DNA of 64,000 bases from Gammaproteobacteria bacterium (GTDB taxonomy: Bacteria > Pseudomonadota > Gammaproteobacteria > Steroidobacterales > Foliamicaceae), in assembly GCA_011523505.1 (NCBI GenBank), contig WTGP01000019.1, positions 287,980 through 351,979 on the forward strand, given 5' to 3'. The stretch's first letter is position 1. Each line of letters opens with the position of its first letter. A model generated the notes under the pieces. The model saw only the letters and a list, made by a program, of their open reading frames with translations, had not been told where the DNA came from and searched no databases. Made by a program: the position numbers and the translations under genes. Positions 62,633-64,000 of this stretch are shown one piece after another.

Positions 62633-63961
62633 ATGGATCCGCGGGCGATCGGCAATGGCGGGCGGCTGGCGCAGGCGCGCGCGCTGGCGGCGATTGCCGT
62701 ACGCGGCGAAGCGGAGCCCCAACGCTGGCGCGGCTACTTCGAGCGGCTGCTCAGCGGCAAAACGATCGGGCCGCTGCCGTTCGATCCCGGAGGGCCGTTT
62801 ACGACAAGCCATGCCGTCTCGGGACAATATGCCTGCCGCCTGCAGGTCGGCCCGGACGAATCTCCCGACTCCGGCGGTCCTGCGCTGCGGACATTTCGCG
62901 ACTGTCTGGCGCAACCGGGAGAGCGCGACGTCGCGATAGGGGTCGACCTCTCCGGGATTGTCCCGAATCAGTTCGGCGCCTGGCTCGACGCGCTGATCCG
63001 CGAGATCCGGAGGCTGGCCGAAATCCGGTCCGCAGTTCCTCCGGTGGTCTTTTCCCTGCGCGCCGAACATCCGGCGTGCCGCACCCTGCTCAATGCCGTG
63101 GAGGATCCGGGCGGGACAGGCACGCGCGCGGCGTTGCGGGTGGACGCGGGAACCTTCCGCGAGAAAGCGCTGTGGGAGGAACTGGTTTGCGCCAGTCACG
63201 GCAATCCGCGCATCGACCTGGTCCTTGCGGGCCGGAAGCAGCCGCTGACGGACCTGATGGGAAGCGAGAGGCCGGACACGATCATGCCGCTGAGCCTGTT
63301 CGAGGCCCCTGCCGACACCGCCTGGCTGGGCATGCAGTTCGACTTGAGCACGATCCCCGCGGAGCAGATCGGGCGCGGCACCGGACACCTGAAGAAGCTG
63401 GTTCGGGTTGGAGTGCGGCTGGCCGACAACCTGATCGATGCCGTGACATGGCCTTCGGAGCAACTGCGCAGCGACGCCCTGGCCAATCGCCGGCTTGCCG
63501 CGCACGTCACCGGGATCGGGGACCTGGTGCTGCGCCACGGGCTGGACCCGGCGTCTTTCTCCACGCTGCGACTCCTGCAACGCTGGCTGACGCTGTTCAA
63601 GCGCCAGTTGCTGCGCGAATCCCTGCGCCTGGCTCAGGAGCGCGGCCCGTACCCGGCGCTCAATGCGGAACAACTGGTGCGCACGCTTGCCCCGCGCTAC
63701 GGGGATGTCGGCGCGCGCCGGATCATCTCCCGGCGTAGCCCGCGCCACCGACAGCTCCTGGCGCTGTCGCCGTACTGCGTACTGCCGCGCCAGGCAAACG
63801 CGATTCCGGCCCGCCGGTGGCTGAATCTGCTGCCGGTCGTCCGTGTTGCGGACAATCTCACGATGCACGGCAGCCAGGTTCGCTCGCTTCTCGACCGGGC
63901 CGATTACGAGCGCCTGCTCCGTTCGACCTGGGCCTTGCTGCGCGCCGGTCAGGGCCCCTGA
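62633..63961 (+). CDS. hypothetical protein with a degenerate ribonucleotide-reductase-like (class II/NrdJ-type barrel) motif order; catalytic motif not conserved
   Basis: RNR-like blocks appear in the canonical order:
- AIGVDLSGIVPNQ (cf. GGG.G..FS.LRP.G).
- SLRAEHPACRTLLNA (cf. ..l...HPDI.eFi.aK).
- TIMPLSLFEAP...WLGMQFDLS at the place of TNPCGEQPL...CNLGSINL.
- VRLADNLIDAVTWPS...RRLAAHVTGIGDLVLRHGLDPAS (cf. fLDnvid...yP....RriGLGvmGlad.L..lg..Y.s).
- RHRQLLALSPYCV (cf. RN..l.tiAPTGt). Confidence 0.5.
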   Translation: MDPRAIGNGGRLAQARALAAIAVRGEAEPQRWRGYFERLLSGKTIGPLPFDPGGPFTTSHAVSGQYACRLQVGPDESPDSGGPALRTFRDCLAQPGERDVAIGVDLSGIVPNQFGAWLDALIREIRRLAEIRSAVPPVVFSLRAEHPACRTLLNAVEDPGGTGTRAALRVDAGTFREKALWEELVCASHGNPRIDLVLAGRKQPLTDLMGSERPDTIMPLSLFEAPADTAWLGMQFDLSTIPAEQIGRGTGHLKKLVRVGVRLADNLIDAVTWPSEQLRSDALANRRLAAHVTGIGDLVLRHGLDPASFSTLRLLQRWLTLFKRQLLRESLRLAQERGPYPALNAEQLVRTLAPRYGDVGARRIISRRSPRHRQLLALSPYCVLPRQANAIPARRWLNLLPVVRVADNLTMHGSQVRSLLDRADYERLLRSTWALLRAGQGP

Positions 63962-63969
63962 AACAACCA

Positions 63970-63987
63970 CCCCGGGCGAAACCGGGG
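63970..63987 (+). terminator. short GC hairpin downstream of the last CDS (weak terminator candidate)
   Basis: CCCCGG-GCGAAA-CCGGGG is a perfect 6-bp stem 9 nt after the stop. No U-tract follows, so this is only a candidate. Confidence 0.2.
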
Positions 63988-64000
63988 CTGCTACCATAGC

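Noticed and set aside
62495-63997. 500-aa minus-strand ORF opposite the RNR-like gene
   Set aside because: No recognisable motifs, and Arg/Pro/Gln-rich. The plus frame shows an ordered series of RNR-like blocks. The choice is less certain than for the other shadows and is flagged in the finding.

Overview
Dense, high-GC chromosomal segment, probably proteobacterial. The gene orders rpmB-rpmG/radC/coaBC-dut and plsY-birA-coaX-tRNAs are typical of Gammaproteobacteria-like genomes. I call about 65 CDS and 3 tRNAs. I found no rRNA, CRISPR array, transposase or integrase. Many long ORFs in the track are alternate-frame or antisense shadows caused by GC richness, and I rejected them.

Most of the window is housekeeping or metabolic:
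- Molybdenum cofactor and molybdate uptake: moaD, moaE, a mocA-like gene, modABC.
- hemH, putA and two tandem PutP-like symporters.
- An oxoprolinase-SLC13 operon.
- A MacAB/Lol-like efflux set, GSTs, pyrE, and a salicylyl-CoA hydroxylase-like fusion.

The clearest accessory region is a visibly lower-GC islet of about 3.6 kb (about 24.5-28.1 kb) wedged between putA and a convergent core gene. It carries four elements:
- A Phd/VapC toxin-antitoxin pair.
- A DUF1640-like gene bracketed by a 44-bp direct repeat (40/44 identical).
- A small coiled-coil ORF.
- A 596-aa single-polypeptide fusion of a class-I SAM methyltransferase, an unassigned central domain and a C-terminal HNH nuclease. This fusion is my best candidate for an undescribed (defence-like) system.

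Other items worth a second look:
- An RCCR/bilin-reductase-like gene upstream of hemH.
- An ArsS-like radical-SAM gene translationally coupled to a CxxxxC flavoprotein disulfide reductase.
- A ribonucleotide-reductase-like protein whose catalytic NPCGE-type motif is replaced.
- An amidase-like CN-hydrolase with Ser at the nucleophile position.
- A six-gene operon of mostly unknown-function proteins (DUF1015, PCP_red, DUF1838, two Tat lipoproteins).
- A birA ORF with no canonical start codon.

All functional calls rest on motif recognition by eye and need HMM or BLAST confirmation.
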